Assembly: GCA_947494545.1 (NCBI GenBank)
Contig: CANLVH010000004.1
Span: forward strand, 181,281 to 245,280
From: an uncultured Mesonia sp.
Lineage (GTDB): Bacteria > Bacteroidota > Bacteroidia > Flavobacteriales > Flavobacteriaceae
Length of the DNA stretch: 64,000 bases
Direction: 5' to 3'
This document shows positions 16,428-25,356 of this stretch, in pieces. Made by a program: the position numbers and the translations under genes. The notes below the pieces were generated by a model. The model did not search any database. It saw only the letters and a program-made list of their open reading frames with translations, and was not told the origin of the DNA. Numbering within the stretch: position 1 is the first letter of the stretch; each line of letters starts with the position of its first letter.

Positions 16428-17759
16428 ATGAGTGAAGATAAGAGATTCCCACGTTCGTGGGAATTTAAACTTCCCAAAATGGGAGAAAGTATTTCTGAAG
16501 GAACCATTATTAACTGGCTGGTAAACGAAGGAGATACCATAGAAAAAGACCAAATTATTGTAGAAGTTGCTACAGACAAAGTAGACTCTGAAGTGCCCGC
16601 CCCGGCAAATGGGAAAATCACGAAAATCTTTGCACAAGCAGATGAAGTAGTGCAAGTAGGGCAGGTAATTGCAAATATCGAAGCTTCCAGTGATCAATCG
16701 GTTAAAACAGATCACGCTTCCGCGGAAGCGAAAAAAGCAACACCTAAACCTTCTAAACCTAAAACACCAAAGAAGAAACCAGTCTCAACTTCGAACTCAC
16801 CTTCAACTTCAAAAACTTATACGCTTAATAAAAATCAGAACACTTACATTTCGCCACTTATTCAGAATATTGCGATAGATTATCACATTAGTTATGAAGA
16901 GTTGGCGCGCATTCCGGCAACGGGACACGACGGGCGTTTGCGCAAAAGCGATGTTTTTAAGTATATTGAAGAAGGCAGACCGGCGCAATTTGCACAACCC
17001 GCACCGGAAGCATCTGGTTTTCAAGTTCCCGATTTAAAATTGGACAAAGGAAAAGGCGAAATCATAGAAATGGACCGTATGCGGCAGATGATTGCCGATC
17101 ATATGGTTTATTCCAAACACACCTCGCCACACGTAACCGCGTATGTAGAAGCAGATTTAACCGAGATGGTAAATTGGCGAAATGCCAATAAAAAAGCTTT
17201 TCAAGATAAATATGGCGAAAAACTTACTTTTACGCCGCTTTTTGTAGAGGCAGTAGCCAAAGCGGTAAAAGATTTTCCCATGATTAATGTAAGCGTTGAC
17301 GGCAAAAATATCATTAAGAAAGAACATATAAATATCGGGATGGCCACGGCATTACCAAGCGGGAATTTAATTGTGCCCGTAGTAAAAAACGCTGACAAAA
17401 AAGATTTAAAAAGCATTGCTGCAGAGGTAAATGTCTTGGCGGAAAAAGCCAGAAATAACAAATTAAAACACGAAGAAACCAGCGGAAGCACGTTTACGAT
17501 TTCTAACGTAGGAACTTTTGGTAGCTTGATGGGAACCCCAATTATCAATCAGCCGGAAGTGGCGATATTAGCAACCGGAATCATCAAAAAACGCGCTGAA
17601 GTGATGGAATATGAAGATGGCGATAAAATTGAAATTAGAAGCATGATGTATCTCTCACTTTCCTTTGATCATCGCGTGGTAGATGGTTTTCTTGGCGGAA
17701 GTTTTTTAAGAAGAGTAGCAGATTATTTTGAAGATTTTAATCAAGAACGGGCTATTTGA
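16428..17759 (+). CDS. 2-oxoacid dehydrogenase E2 (dihydrolipoamide acyltransferase, branched-chain type)
   Basis: Lipoyl motif EVATDKVDSEVP, E3-binding domain, catalytic FDHRVVDG. Confidence 0.92.
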   Translation: MSEDKRFPRSWEFKLPKMGESISEGTIINWLVNEGDTIEKDQIIVEVATDKVDSEVPAPANGKITKIFAQADEVVQVGQVIANIEASSDQSVKTDHASAEAKKATPKPSKPKTPKKKPVSTSNSPSTSKTYTLNKNQNTYISPLIQNIAIDYHISYEELARIPATGHDGRLRKSDVFKYIEEGRPAQFAQPAPEASGFQVPDLKLDKGKGEIIEMDRMRQMIADHMVYSKHTSPHVTAYVEADLTEMVNWRNANKKAFQDKYGEKLTFTPLFVEAVAKAVKDFPMINVSVDGKNIIKKEHINIGMATALPSGNLIVPVVKNADKKDLKSIAAEVNVLAEKARNNKLKHEETSGSTFTISNVGTFGSLMGTPIINQPEVAILATGIIKKRAEVMEYEDGDKIEIRSMMYLSLSFDHRVVDGFLGGSFLRRVADYFEDFNQERAI

Positions 17760-17844
17760 GAAAAGACTTTTTGAAATATGACGATTTGAGACAGGACGAT
17801 TTGAATCAGGAGGTTTTGATACAAGACTTTTGGAGACAGGATTA
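17755..17844 (+). repeat. Six degenerate 15-nt tandem repeats (TTTGAGACAGGACGA-like)
   Basis: Units start at 17755, 17770, 17785, 17800, 17815, 17830; five begin TTTGA and one TTGGA. Confidence 0.9.
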
Positions 17845-17856
17845 AAGTAAAATTTG

Positions 17857-18222
17857 ATGAGACGACATAATTTTAAAAAACTACAAATTTGGAAAGAAGC
17901 GATGGATTTGATAGATGAAAATTATCTTTTCACTTCTACATTACCAGATTATGAAAGATATGGACTGAGAACTCAAATGAATCGTTGTTCTGTATCTATT
18001 GCTTCTAATATCTCGGAAGGTTCCAGTAAACGAACTGATAAACATTTTGTAAAATATTTAGAAGATAGCTTAGGTTCTGCCTATGAATGGGAAACGCAAT
18101 TAGTAGTTTGTTTCCGTCAAGATTTTCTTTCCGAAGATGTTTATTTAAGTTTAGAAAGTAAAGTGCAAAAAGTACAAAGTAAAATCTCGAATTTTATCGA
18201 CAGACTTGATTCCAATAACTAA
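17857..18222 (+). CDS. Four-helix-bundle protein (23S rRNA IVS-like family)
   Basis: HNFKKLQIWKEAMDL...ERYGLRTQMNRCSVSIASNISEGS.....F...L..SLGSAYE.ETQL. Confidence 0.92.
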   Translation: MRRHNFKKLQIWKEAMDLIDENYLFTSTLPDYERYGLRTQMNRCSVSIASNISEGSSKRTDKHFVKYLEDSLGSAYEWETQLVVCFRQDFLSEDVYLSLESKVQKVQSKISNFIDRLDSNN

Positions 18223-18224
18223 AT

Positions 18225-18258
18225 AGTCGTGGTTCAAAACGTCCTGATTCTTGATTCT
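18225..18258. repeat. Right arm of the inverted repeat, plus TTGATTC heptamer
   Basis: 18225-18250 is the reverse complement of 17803-17828 at 22/26 positions. Confidence 0.85.
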
Positions 18259-18271
18259 AAAATATATAAAT

Positions 18272-20383
18272 ATGAGTAATAAAATAAAAAAAGATATACT
18301 AAAAAAAGCCTTCTCTAACCTGTGTACCGCGAAAGCCTTAACAGAGTTATACGAAGAGAATTTTAAAACCGTATCTAAATATGTGCACGCCACTTCCCGT
18401 GGACATGAAGTGATTCAAATGGCTGTGGGAATGCAGCTTTTGCCGCAAGATTATGTTTTTCCGTATTATCGGGACGATTCGATTTTGCTTTCTATCGGGA
18501 TGCAACCAAAAGATTTGATGTTGCAAGTGCTGGCAAAAAAAGACGATCCGTTTTCTGGCGGGCGCACCTATTATTCGCATCCCAGTCTAAAAGATGCCGA
18601 TAAACCTAAGATTCCGCACCAGAGTTCTGCTACGGGAATGCAAGCCATTCCGGCTACAGGCGTTGCTTTAGGGTTTCATTACCGTGAAGGAGGCGATTTA
18701 TTTACGGAAGATGAAAAATACGCGTTTTATAAAGAAATGGGGCAAGAAGAAGCTTTGGTGAATGGCGAGAAACCAGTTGTGGTTTGTTCGTTAGGAGACG
18801 CCAGTGTTACCGAAGGGGAAATAGCAGAAGCTTTTCAAATGGCTGCGCTTAAAAAATTACCTATTTTATATGTGGTGCAAGATAACGGCTGGGATATTTC
18901 TGCTAACGAAGCCGAAACTCGTGCTCAAAATGCCGCAGAATATGCACAAGGTTTTAAAGGTCTAGAAGCCGTTTCTATAGACGGAACCAATTTTGAAGAA
19001 AGTTATACCACGGTTCAAAATGCGTTAAAAACCATCCGTAAAGAAAGAAAACCAATGTTGATTCACGCTAAAGTTCCGTTGTTGAATCACCATACTTCTG
19101 GCGTGCGAATGGAATTTTATCGTGATGATTTAGAGGAAGCAAAAACCCACGATCCGTATCCGAAAATGAAAGACTATTTGTCTAAAAATAACTTTACGGA
19201 AGACGAAATAGAAGCTATTGAAGTTTTAGCAAAAGCCAAAGTAAAAGAACACTACCAAGAAGCCTTAACTGCCGAAGACCCCAAACCGGAAGATTTATTT
19301 ACCCACGATTTCGCGCCAACATCAATTACCGAAGAAAAAGGAGAACGCTCTCCAGAAGGTGCCGAAAAAGTGGTCATGGTAGATTGCGCTTTGTTTGCTA
19401 TCGAAGAATTGATGAAAAAACACAAAGAATGCCTGTTGTACGGTCAAGATGTTGGCGGTAGATTGGGTGGAGTTTTTAGAGAAGCGGCAACTTTAGCTCA
19501 AAAATTTGGCGACAACCGCGTGTTTAATACGCCTATTCAAGAAGCTTTTATTATTGGTTCTACCGTTGGGATGTCTGCGGTTGGTCTAAAACCCATCGTA
19601 GAAGTGCAATTTGCAGATTATATCTGGCCTGGACTTAACCAGTTGTTTACGGAAGTGAGCCGAAGTTGTTATTTGTCTAACGGCAAATGGCCGGTTTCTA
19701 TGGTATTGCGCGTTCCTATTGGCGCTTACGGTAGCGGCGGACCTTACCATTCTTCTTCGGTAGAAAGTGTGGTAACCAATATTCGCGGACTTAAAATTGC
19801 GTACCCGAGCAACGGAGCCGATTTAAAAGGTTTGATGAAAGCCGCTTATTACGACCCGAATCCGGTGGTGATTTTTGAACATAAAGGTTTATATTGGAGC
19901 AAAGTGCCCGGGACAAAAGGCGCAACTTCGGTAGAACCGAGTGAAGATTATGTGTTGCCGTTTGGAAAAGCTTGGGTTTTGCAAGAAATCTGGAAGCAAG
20001 AAGATAAAGAGACCTTGAGTATTGTTACTTACGGAATGGGCGTACATTGGGCGATGAACGCTTCTGCGGAATTAGGTCTGCAAGATCAAATAGAAGTAGT
20101 AGATTTACGAACTTTACATCCACTTGATGAGGAGACCATAATGAAATCTGTAAAGAAATGCGGCAAATGTTTGGTAGTAACCGAAGAACCATCAGATAAT
20201 ACCTTTGCAAGAGCTTTGTCGGGTAAAATTCAAGAAGAATGTTTTAAAACTTTAGACGCTCCGGTCATGACAATTGGTTCAGAAAATATGCCGGCCATTC
20301 CGTTAAATTCAACCTTAGAAGAAACGATGATTCCTTCTACGGAAAAAGTAAAAGCGAAGATTGAGGAGTTGTTGAGGTATTAG
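18272..20383 (+). CDS. 2-oxoisovalerate dehydrogenase E1, fused alpha+beta subunits
   Basis: TPP-binding GDASVTEG...DNGW in the alpha part; GQDVGG..GGVFR, FNTPIQE, EVQFADY in the beta part. Confidence 0.92.
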   Translation: MSNKIKKDILKKAFSNLCTAKALTELYEENFKTVSKYVHATSRGHEVIQMAVGMQLLPQDYVFPYYRDDSILLSIGMQPKDLMLQVLAKKDDPFSGGRTYYSHPSLKDADKPKIPHQSSATGMQAIPATGVALGFHYREGGDLFTEDEKYAFYKEMGQEEALVNGEKPVVVCSLGDASVTEGEIAEAFQMAALKKLPILYVVQDNGWDISANEAETRAQNAAEYAQGFKGLEAVSIDGTNFEESYTTVQNALKTIRKERKPMLIHAKVPLLNHHTSGVRMEFYRDDLEEAKTHDPYPKMKDYLSKNNFTEDEIEAIEVLAKAKVKEHYQEALTAEDPKPEDLFTHDFAPTSITEEKGERSPEGAEKVVMVDCALFAIEELMKKHKECLLYGQDVGGRLGGVFREAATLAQKFGDNRVFNTPIQEAFIIGSTVGMSAVGLKPIVEVQFADYIWPGLNQLFTEVSRSCYLSNGKWPVSMVLRVPIGAYGSGGPYHSSSVESVVTNIRGLKIAYPSNGADLKGLMKAAYYDPNPVVIFEHKGLYWSKVPGTKGATSVEPSEDYVLPFGKAWVLQEIWKQEDKETLSIVTYGMGVHWAMNASAELGLQDQIEVVDLRTLHPLDEETIMKSVKKCGKCLVVTEEPSDNTFARALSGKIQEECFKTLDAPVMTIGSENMPAIPLNSTLEETMIPSTEKVKAKIEELLRY

Positions 20384-20431
20384 AAATGAAGAAGAAAATT
20401 TTAAAAAAAGAGGGTATTTAAAAGTCAGTTT

Positions 20432-20458
20432 TGTCATCCTGAACTCGATTAAGGATCT
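20432..20458 (+). repeat. CGTC-type REP-like palindrome (third subfamily), degenerate
   Basis: TGTCATCCTGAACTCGATTAAGGATCT; same TGTCAT-CC...GG-ATCT frame as 1148 and 3774. Confidence 0.55.
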
Positions 20459-20620
20459 TATAATGTACTATTTATCAATTTAATAAGTGTACGAACTCAA
20501 CCTGCCTTAATATTATGGACAGGCTCGAAAGTTTCGACTTTTAATGAGTTTTCAAGGGGAGAAAAATAATTTAGGAGATTATAGCTGAATCCTAAATTAA
20601 ATAAATGCATAATGTTAAAC

Positions 20621-20654
20621 AAAAAACCAATTTTTTGCAAAAGATTGGTTTTTT
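20621..20654. terminator. Intrinsic terminator-like hairpin
   Basis: AAAAAACCAAT...ATTGGTTTTTT. Confidence 0.6.
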
Positions 20655-20770
20655 GTTTTTTTAGAAATAGTTGCTACTACACTTTATATTCGTTGAAATT
20701 TACTTTTAGCAATATAAACGGAATAGCAATCAATAGTTTATATCGAATTTGTGTGTTTATTAACGACGCG

Positions 20771-20872
20771 TTAGGGATTGCAGCGGTTAGCCTGCAGGGA
20801 GCGGTAGCGAACCGAAGCCTAAAAGCGGAAAGCCCGGCCCCTCCTCAATTTAATTGGGGAGGGGGAACGCCC
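20771..20872 (+). ncRNA. Flavo-1-like structured repeat, copy B
   Basis: AGGGATTGCAGCGG...AGCGGAAAGCCCGGCCCCTCCTCAAT-TTA-ATTGGGGAGGGGGAACGCCC; GC-rich island in an AT-rich spacer. Confidence 0.55.
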
Positions 20873-21020
20873 AAATAACTACCTTGTTTATAGAATTGCT
20901 AATAAGCAGCTAAGCAAAATTATTTACCTTGGTTAAGTTCACGATAAAAATGGGGCTTTTAAGCTGTTTTTGCGTTATTTCCGGTATATTGTAAAATTGT
21001 AAAAAAATAGACGATTTAAT

Positions 21021-21893
21021 ATGAATAAGGACTTTTGGGTTCACGTTAAAGATACATTTCTAAAGTTTTTGGTAGAGATTGGTCCACGCGCCATTTATGC
21101 AATTATAGCATTATTTATAGGGGTTTTTGTTATAAAAATCGCCATGCAAATGCTTAAGCGAATACTCAAAAAATCTAAGATAGAGCTCTCTTTAAAAACC
21201 TTTTTAGAAAGTCTTTCTGTTTTTGTATTATGGGGTTTGTTGTTTTTTGTAGTTGGTTCTATTTTAGGTATAGAAGCTTCTTCTTTTCTCGCTATTTTTG
21301 GTGCAGCAGGTATTGCTATTGGCTTAGCACTACAAGGTAGTTTGGCCAATTTTGCCGGTGGAGTTTTAATCTTGGTTTTTAAACCTTTTAAAGTGGGAGA
21401 TTTGATAAAAGTTAATAATGTGCTTGGTTTTGTAGAAAAAATAGACATTCTCTACACGCGCGTTAAAACCTACGACGGACTTATAGTTACCATGCCTAAC
21501 GGAAATGTTTCTAATAGCGATGTAGATAATAGAACCATGGAGCCGTACCGAAGGGTTGGCCTGGATTTAAAATTTAATTATGATGTAGATATAGATTTTG
21601 TGCTTAACCTTATTGAAGAAACCATGAAAAAACATCCAAAAATAATACACAATCCTGAGCCAGATGCGTGGTTAGATAGTATTGGAGAGTATGAGCTCAA
21701 AGTTGTTGCGCGCTGTTGGGTAAAATCAGAAGAATATTATCCTATTTATTGGGAGCAATTATTGGCAGTAAAAAAAGCTTTAGACAAAAACGGTATAGAA
21801 ATGCCGGTGCCAAAACGTACTTTATACCAGCCGCAACTAAAGCAAGAATTAATGGTTAAACCAAATGAAAAGGCTCCAAAAGAGGGCAAATAA
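21021..21893 (+). CDS. mscS: MscS family mechanosensitive ion channel
   Basis: GAAGIAIGLALQGSLANFAGGVLIL..KPFKVGD. Confidence 0.92.
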   Translation: MNKDFWVHVKDTFLKFLVEIGPRAIYAIIALFIGVFVIKIAMQMLKRILKKSKIELSLKTFLESLSVFVLWGLLFFVVGSILGIEASSFLAIFGAAGIAIGLALQGSLANFAGGVLILVFKPFKVGDLIKVNNVLGFVEKIDILYTRVKTYDGLIVTMPNGNVSNSDVDNRTMEPYRRVGLDLKFNYDVDIDFVLNLIEETMKKHPKIIHNPEPDAWLDSIGEYELKVVARCWVKSEEYYPIYWEQLLAVKKALDKNGIEMPVPKRTLYQPQLKQELMVKPNEKAPKEGK

Positions 21894-21945
21894 TCTCTTT
21901 TCTTTAAAGGTTAGAATATTGAATTAATAAGTGGTTTCTACTTTA

Positions 21946-22824
21946 TTACCCAACTTTGTACGGATATTTTTCGTACACCGCATTATCTTCGTTAATGGTA
22001 TTGCCGGCTTCTTTGCTCTTTTTCAATTGGTTAAAAACGCTCTCCAGCTCTTTTTTTGTATAAGTTTCTAATTGCATCATAGATAATGCTTTGTAGAGCA
22101 AAGGCTCAGAAAAATTTAGGTATTTTTCTAAAGATTTCTCAAACTGTACAATGGCGTCTTCCCATTTTTGTTGCTCAAATAAGGAGATGCCGTAGTAAAA
22201 CAAATCTAAATGATGGTAACCATCTTCGCCCCATTGGGCTACTTGATCATCTATATCTTTTTTAAAGATTTTTTCTGCTTTTGCAAATTCATTCAGTTGC
22301 AAATAAGACAAGGCTATATGAAAGTTGTAGGTATGGTCCATCACAAAAGAATTGCCTTCCAGCTCTTTTATCCGCTCAAAATTTTTAATTGCGCTGTGGT
22401 AGGTTTTTGCAAAAATACATTTTATAAACCCGCGGTAAGACAGCCATTTTCTTTCGTCGTATTTTACGGCTTTGTCTAAAAATATCATTCCTGCCTCATA
22501 TTTTCGGGCTTTAAAATAAGGCATTGCTTTTTGTTGCCATATATAGGCTATGGTAGAATCTTGCGCCAAACCTTTATCTAAACATTCTTGGTATTTGTAC
22601 ATTTCATATTTGTAATTATAATTATGCGCACAATCGTACAAATACTCTTGTATAATTTGTTCTTGTTTTTCTCTTACGGAAATAGACGTTGTTGTAATTT
22701 TTTCCTTAACGGAATTTTTCTTGGCAGTTTTATGATTTTCGCAAGCACTAAACACCAAAAGGCTACAAAGCAAAATGAGCAGTTTTTTAGGCCTAAAATA
22801 GGCTTTTACTTTCTTAAGAATCAT
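21946..22824 (-). CDS. TPR-repeat putative lipoprotein
   Basis: LLVFSAC lipobox-like motif; repeated A..YL...GD/A...F.KA helical TPR patterns. Confidence 0.7.
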   Translation of the reverse strand: MILKKVKAYFRPKKLLILLCSLLVFSACENHKTAKKNSVKEKITTTSISVREKQEQIIQEYLYDCAHNYNYKYEMYKYQECLDKGLAQDSTIAYIWQQKAMPYFKARKYEAGMIFLDKAVKYDERKWLSYRGFIKCIFAKTYHSAIKNFERIKELEGNSFVMDHTYNFHIALSYLQLNEFAKAEKIFKKDIDDQVAQWGEDGYHHLDLFYYGISLFEQQKWEDAIVQFEKSLEKYLNFSEPLLYKALSMMQLETYTKKELESVFNQLKKSKEAGNTINEDNAVYEKYPYKVG

Positions 22825-22949
22825 ATAAATAAGATGTTATTTAGTTAATCTCCGTTAATTGGATAATAAGACGATGTTAATTGTATTTTTAAAGTGAATT
22901 GTATGCACTAAATTAGTTAAAAAATTAATTAAACCTTAAAATTAAAGCT

Positions 22950-23396
22950 ATGGAATTTAAAAAAGAAGTTGCATCAAACCTAAACCAATTATTAGAAAAA
23001 ACTTACGATGCCGAAAAGGGTTATAAAGAAGCTGCTTCTAATGTAAAAAATGCTAAGATGAAAAGTTTCTTAGAAGAGCAAGCAAAACAACGCTATGATT
23101 TTGGCCATAAGATTAAAGAAGAAATTAAAGCTTTTGACCAAAAACCAGATAAAGGCGGAAGCGCTACCGGAGGTTTACACAGAACCTGGATGGATGTAAA
23201 AACAGCCGTTTCCGGCAACGAAAACGAAACCGTTATGGAAGAAGTGCAACGCGGCGAAAAAGCTGCCATAGAAGATTATGACGATATTTTGGCTAAAAAA
23301 GATTTGCCGCCAAGTACCAAAAGCATGTTACAAGACCAGCGCCAAAAAATTGAGCAAGCATACCAAAGTGCTAAAAATTGGGAAGTAGTTTCCTAA
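22950..23396 (+). CDS. PA2169/DUF2383 ferritin-like four-helix protein
   Basis: LNQLLEKTYDAEKGY.EAA...GGLHRTWMDVK...EVQRGEKAAIEDY. Confidence 0.88.
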   Translation: MEFKKEVASNLNQLLEKTYDAEKGYKEAASNVKNAKMKSFLEEQAKQRYDFGHKIKEEIKAFDQKPDKGGSATGGLHRTWMDVKTAVSGNENETVMEEVQRGEKAAIEDYDDILAKKDLPPSTKSMLQDQRQKIEQAYQSAKNWEVVS

Positions 23397-23417
23397 ATCA
23401 CTATAGCCTATAAAACC

Positions 23418-23446
23418 AAAAAGGTCGGGTTATTGCCCGACCTTTT
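23418..23446. terminator. Bidirectional intrinsic terminator
   Basis: AAAAAGGTCGGG-TTATTG-CCCGACCTTTT between convergent genes. Confidence 0.85.
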
Positions 23447-23465
23447 CCTCATGAAAAAAGTAAAA

Positions 23466-24197
23466 TTAAACAGCAACATTTTGCTTCTTCTCTAAAGCAA
23501 TGGCTTTAGGAAACAAAATATTATTTTCGAGGTGTATGTGCTTATGCAAATCCTCTTCAAATTCTTGTAGCATTGCAAAGGTCACCTTATAGGTATTGCA
23601 AGCATCTGCAGGCGGTTGATAGTTGTTGCTTTCTTTTGCAATAACACGCAATAATTCTCCTGCTTCTGCATGTTCATGCTCCATCATATTAATAGGGTTT
23701 TCTACCGTGCCAAAATGTGGCTTTTCTAAAGTTTGCTTAGTCAAGTCTGTATTAACTATTTTTCTAATAAACGGGAATAAAACCAACTCCTCTTTTTTCA
23801 TATGCGAGGCCAGTTCTTTAGAAAGTTCTTGAAAAGCTTCGTTTATTTTAAATAATTCTGGGTGTCTGTCTCCGTGTACTTTGCAAAGTTTATTTAAAAA
23901 CTGTAATAAAGGTGGGGTTTTTTCAGACACATAACGGTGGTGTGTTTTTTCTACATAATCTGCCAATAGGTCTAACGGCCATTGGTTAAAGTCTGGGTCG
24001 CCGTTGTTGGTAGCAGAAAATATTTGTTCTAATTGTGCGGCAATATCGTCTGGATTAATTTTCTTTTTCTCACATACATCGTTTACTGCGCGGTTTCCGC
24101 GGCAGCAAAAATCTATTCCAAACTTATTAAAAACAGCAGCGGTTCTATAATCTTTTGCTACTAATTCTCCAATTTGTTTATTCATTATATTCTCCAT
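23466..24197 (-). CDS. ric: Iron-sulfur cluster repair di-iron protein (Ric/YtfE/ScdA)
   Basis: IDFCCRG, HHRY, HMKKEELVLFP, EHEHAEAG, HIHLENNILFP hemerythrin-like motifs. Confidence 0.93.
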   Translation of the reverse strand: MENIMNKQIGELVAKDYRTAAVFNKFGIDFCCRGNRAVNDVCEKKKINPDDIAAQLEQIFSATNNGDPDFNQWPLDLLADYVEKTHHRYVSEKTPPLLQFLNKLCKVHGDRHPELFKINEAFQELSKELASHMKKEELVLFPFIRKIVNTDLTKQTLEKPHFGTVENPINMMEHEHAEAGELLRVIAKESNNYQPPADACNTYKVTFAMLQEFEEDLHKHIHLENNILFPKAIALEKKQNVAV

Positions 24198-24208
24198 AAC
24201 ATACATAT

Positions 24209-24229
24209 TAAGGACATCTTTGTCCGATT
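24209..24229. promoter_or_regulatory. Putative Rrf2-regulator operator upstream of ric
   Basis: GGACA-N4-TGTCC palindrome; a second similar site (13/18 identical) at 24722-24743. Confidence 0.6.
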
Positions 24230-24245
24230 TTAAACTAAATTTTTT

Positions 24246-24680
24246 TTATTCTTTTAAAAATGCTAATTTGTCTTTTACACCAAGTGCCAGTTCTTCTAGC
24301 GTGGTGTGTTCTAATAAATTATTTAAATTTTCTCTTACATCCATAAATTGAAAATGCATTGCACAAGGTTTTTCTGAGCTGCACTCACTAAAACCAAGGG
24401 CGCAGTTGGTGTATAAAGCATCACCATCTAAAGCGTATACAATATCTTTTAATTTTATTTGGTCTACAGTAGATAAATCTACTCCAAAACCACCTTTGGC
24501 GCCACGCGTACTAGTTATAATATCGTTTTTTACAAGCTTTTGTAATATTTTACCGGTAAATGCTTCCGGGCTGTCTATTGCTTTTGCTATATCTTTTAAG
24601 CTGACGCGCTTTTGCAGCATTGTATCTTGCGCAATAAAAATTGCTGCTTTAATACCATATTCACATGCTTTAGAAAACAT
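24246..24680 (-). CDS. Rrf2 family transcriptional regulator (NsrR/IscR-like)
   Basis: MFSKACEYGIKA, SPEAFTGKILQKL, S.RG.KGGF, three Cys (CALGFSECSSEKPC). Confidence 0.92.
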   Translation of the reverse strand: MFSKACEYGIKAAIFIAQDTMLQKRVSLKDIAKAIDSPEAFTGKILQKLVKNDIITSTRGAKGGFGVDLSTVDQIKLKDIVYALDGDALYTNCALGFSECSSEKPCAMHFQFMDVRENLNNLLEHTTLEELALGVKDKLAFLKE

Positions 24681-24704
24681 AAAACCTTGTTTATAATACA
24701 GGTA

Positions 24705-24712
24705 CAAATGTA
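24705..24712 (-). promoter_or_regulatory. -7 promoter box (TACATTTG) for rrf2-ric
   Basis: Exact TAnnTTTG match 25 nt upstream of the Rrf2 ATG. Confidence 0.65.
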
Positions 24713-24721
24713 AGTGCTTTA

Positions 24722-24743
24722 ATTCGGATAAAAAAGTCTGAAT
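24722..24743. promoter_or_regulatory. Putative Rrf2 operator in the rrf2/nos divergent promoter
   Basis: ATTCGGATAAAAAAGTCTGAAT imperfect palindrome, similar to 24209-24229. Confidence 0.55.
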
Positions 24744-24745
24744 AA

Positions 24746-24759
24746 ATGATTTTCGTCAT
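24746..24759. promoter_or_regulatory. Crp/Fnr-type box candidate
   Basis: ATGAT-N4-GTCAT resembles TTGAT-N4-ATCAA and lies upstream of the nos -7 box. Confidence 0.4.
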
Positions 24760-24781
24760 ATTTTCAATACCTTTATGCACA

Positions 24782-24789
24782 TATCTTTG
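24782..24789 (+). promoter_or_regulatory. -7 promoter box (TATCTTTG) for the nos operon
   Basis: Exact TAnnTTTG match 35 nt upstream of the cytochrome c ATG. Confidence 0.7.
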
Positions 24790-24823
24790 TAGTGTTTTAA
24801 TAACTAAAAAAAAATCAATAACA

Positions 24824-25336
24824 ATGAAAAACTATTTAAAACTAAGTTTCTTGCTGTTAGCTTTTTCAGGTATACTGATAGGCTGCGGCGGAGAAAAGAA
24901 AAAAGACAACGAAAAAGAGAAAGTCACTTTACATAGTGGCACCGACAAAAAAGATAAAAAAGAAGACAAGGCAAGTAAGGTTCCTGCCTCAGAGCGTGTT
25001 GTATTAGACAATAAAGGAGTAGGGCCAATTAAAAATGTTGATTTAGCCGAAACGGTAGACCAAGATTTAGCAAACAAAGGTAAAGATGTATACAATAAAA
25101 TGTGTACAGCTTGCCACAAAACAACCAAACGTTTTATAGGTCCGGCCCCACAAGGAATTTTAGAAAGAAGAAGTCCGGAGTGGGTTATGAATATGATTTT
25201 GGCACCAGAAAAAATGGTACGCGAAGATCCGTTGGCAAAAGACTTATTAATAGAATTTAACGGCTCGCCAATGGCCAACCAAGGGCTTACAGAAGATGAA
25301 GCCCGTGCAGTTTTAGAATACTTTAGAACACTATAA
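24824..25336 (+). CDS. Monoheme c-type cytochrome lipoprotein associated with nos
   Basis: LIGC lipobox, CTACH heme motif, distal Met (SPMANQ). Confidence 0.9.
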   Translation: MKNYLKLSFLLLAFSGILIGCGGEKKKDNEKEKVTLHSGTDKKDKKEDKASKVPASERVVLDNKGVGPIKNVDLAETVDQDLANKGKDVYNKMCTACHKTTKRFIGPAPQGILERRSPEWVMNMILAPEKMVREDPLAKDLLIEFNGSPMANQGLTEDEARAVLEYFRTL

Positions 25337-25356
25337 ACCAATTTTATTAGAACACT

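Noticed and set aside
17755-17844. Possible CRISPR array
   Set aside because: Units are contiguous 15-mers with no unique spacers, and no cas genes are in the window.
2-18222. Diversity-generating retroelement (four-helix proteins resemble Avd)
   Set aside because: No reverse transcriptase and no TR/VR pair with adenine-specific mismatches were seen in the window.
18272-20383. E1 alpha-beta fusion as a novelty
   Set aside because: Fused E1 is the usual form in Bacteroidota.
20612-20878. 88-aa ORF in the spacer before mscS
   Set aside because: Runs through a terminator and the Flavo-1-like repeat; no protein-like features.
24832-25341. 169-aa antisense ORF over the cytochrome c gene (and similar shadows at 5024, 21095, 46448, 59862, 61925)
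   Set aside because: Fully overlap well-supported genes on the opposite strand; typical of codon-bias shadows.
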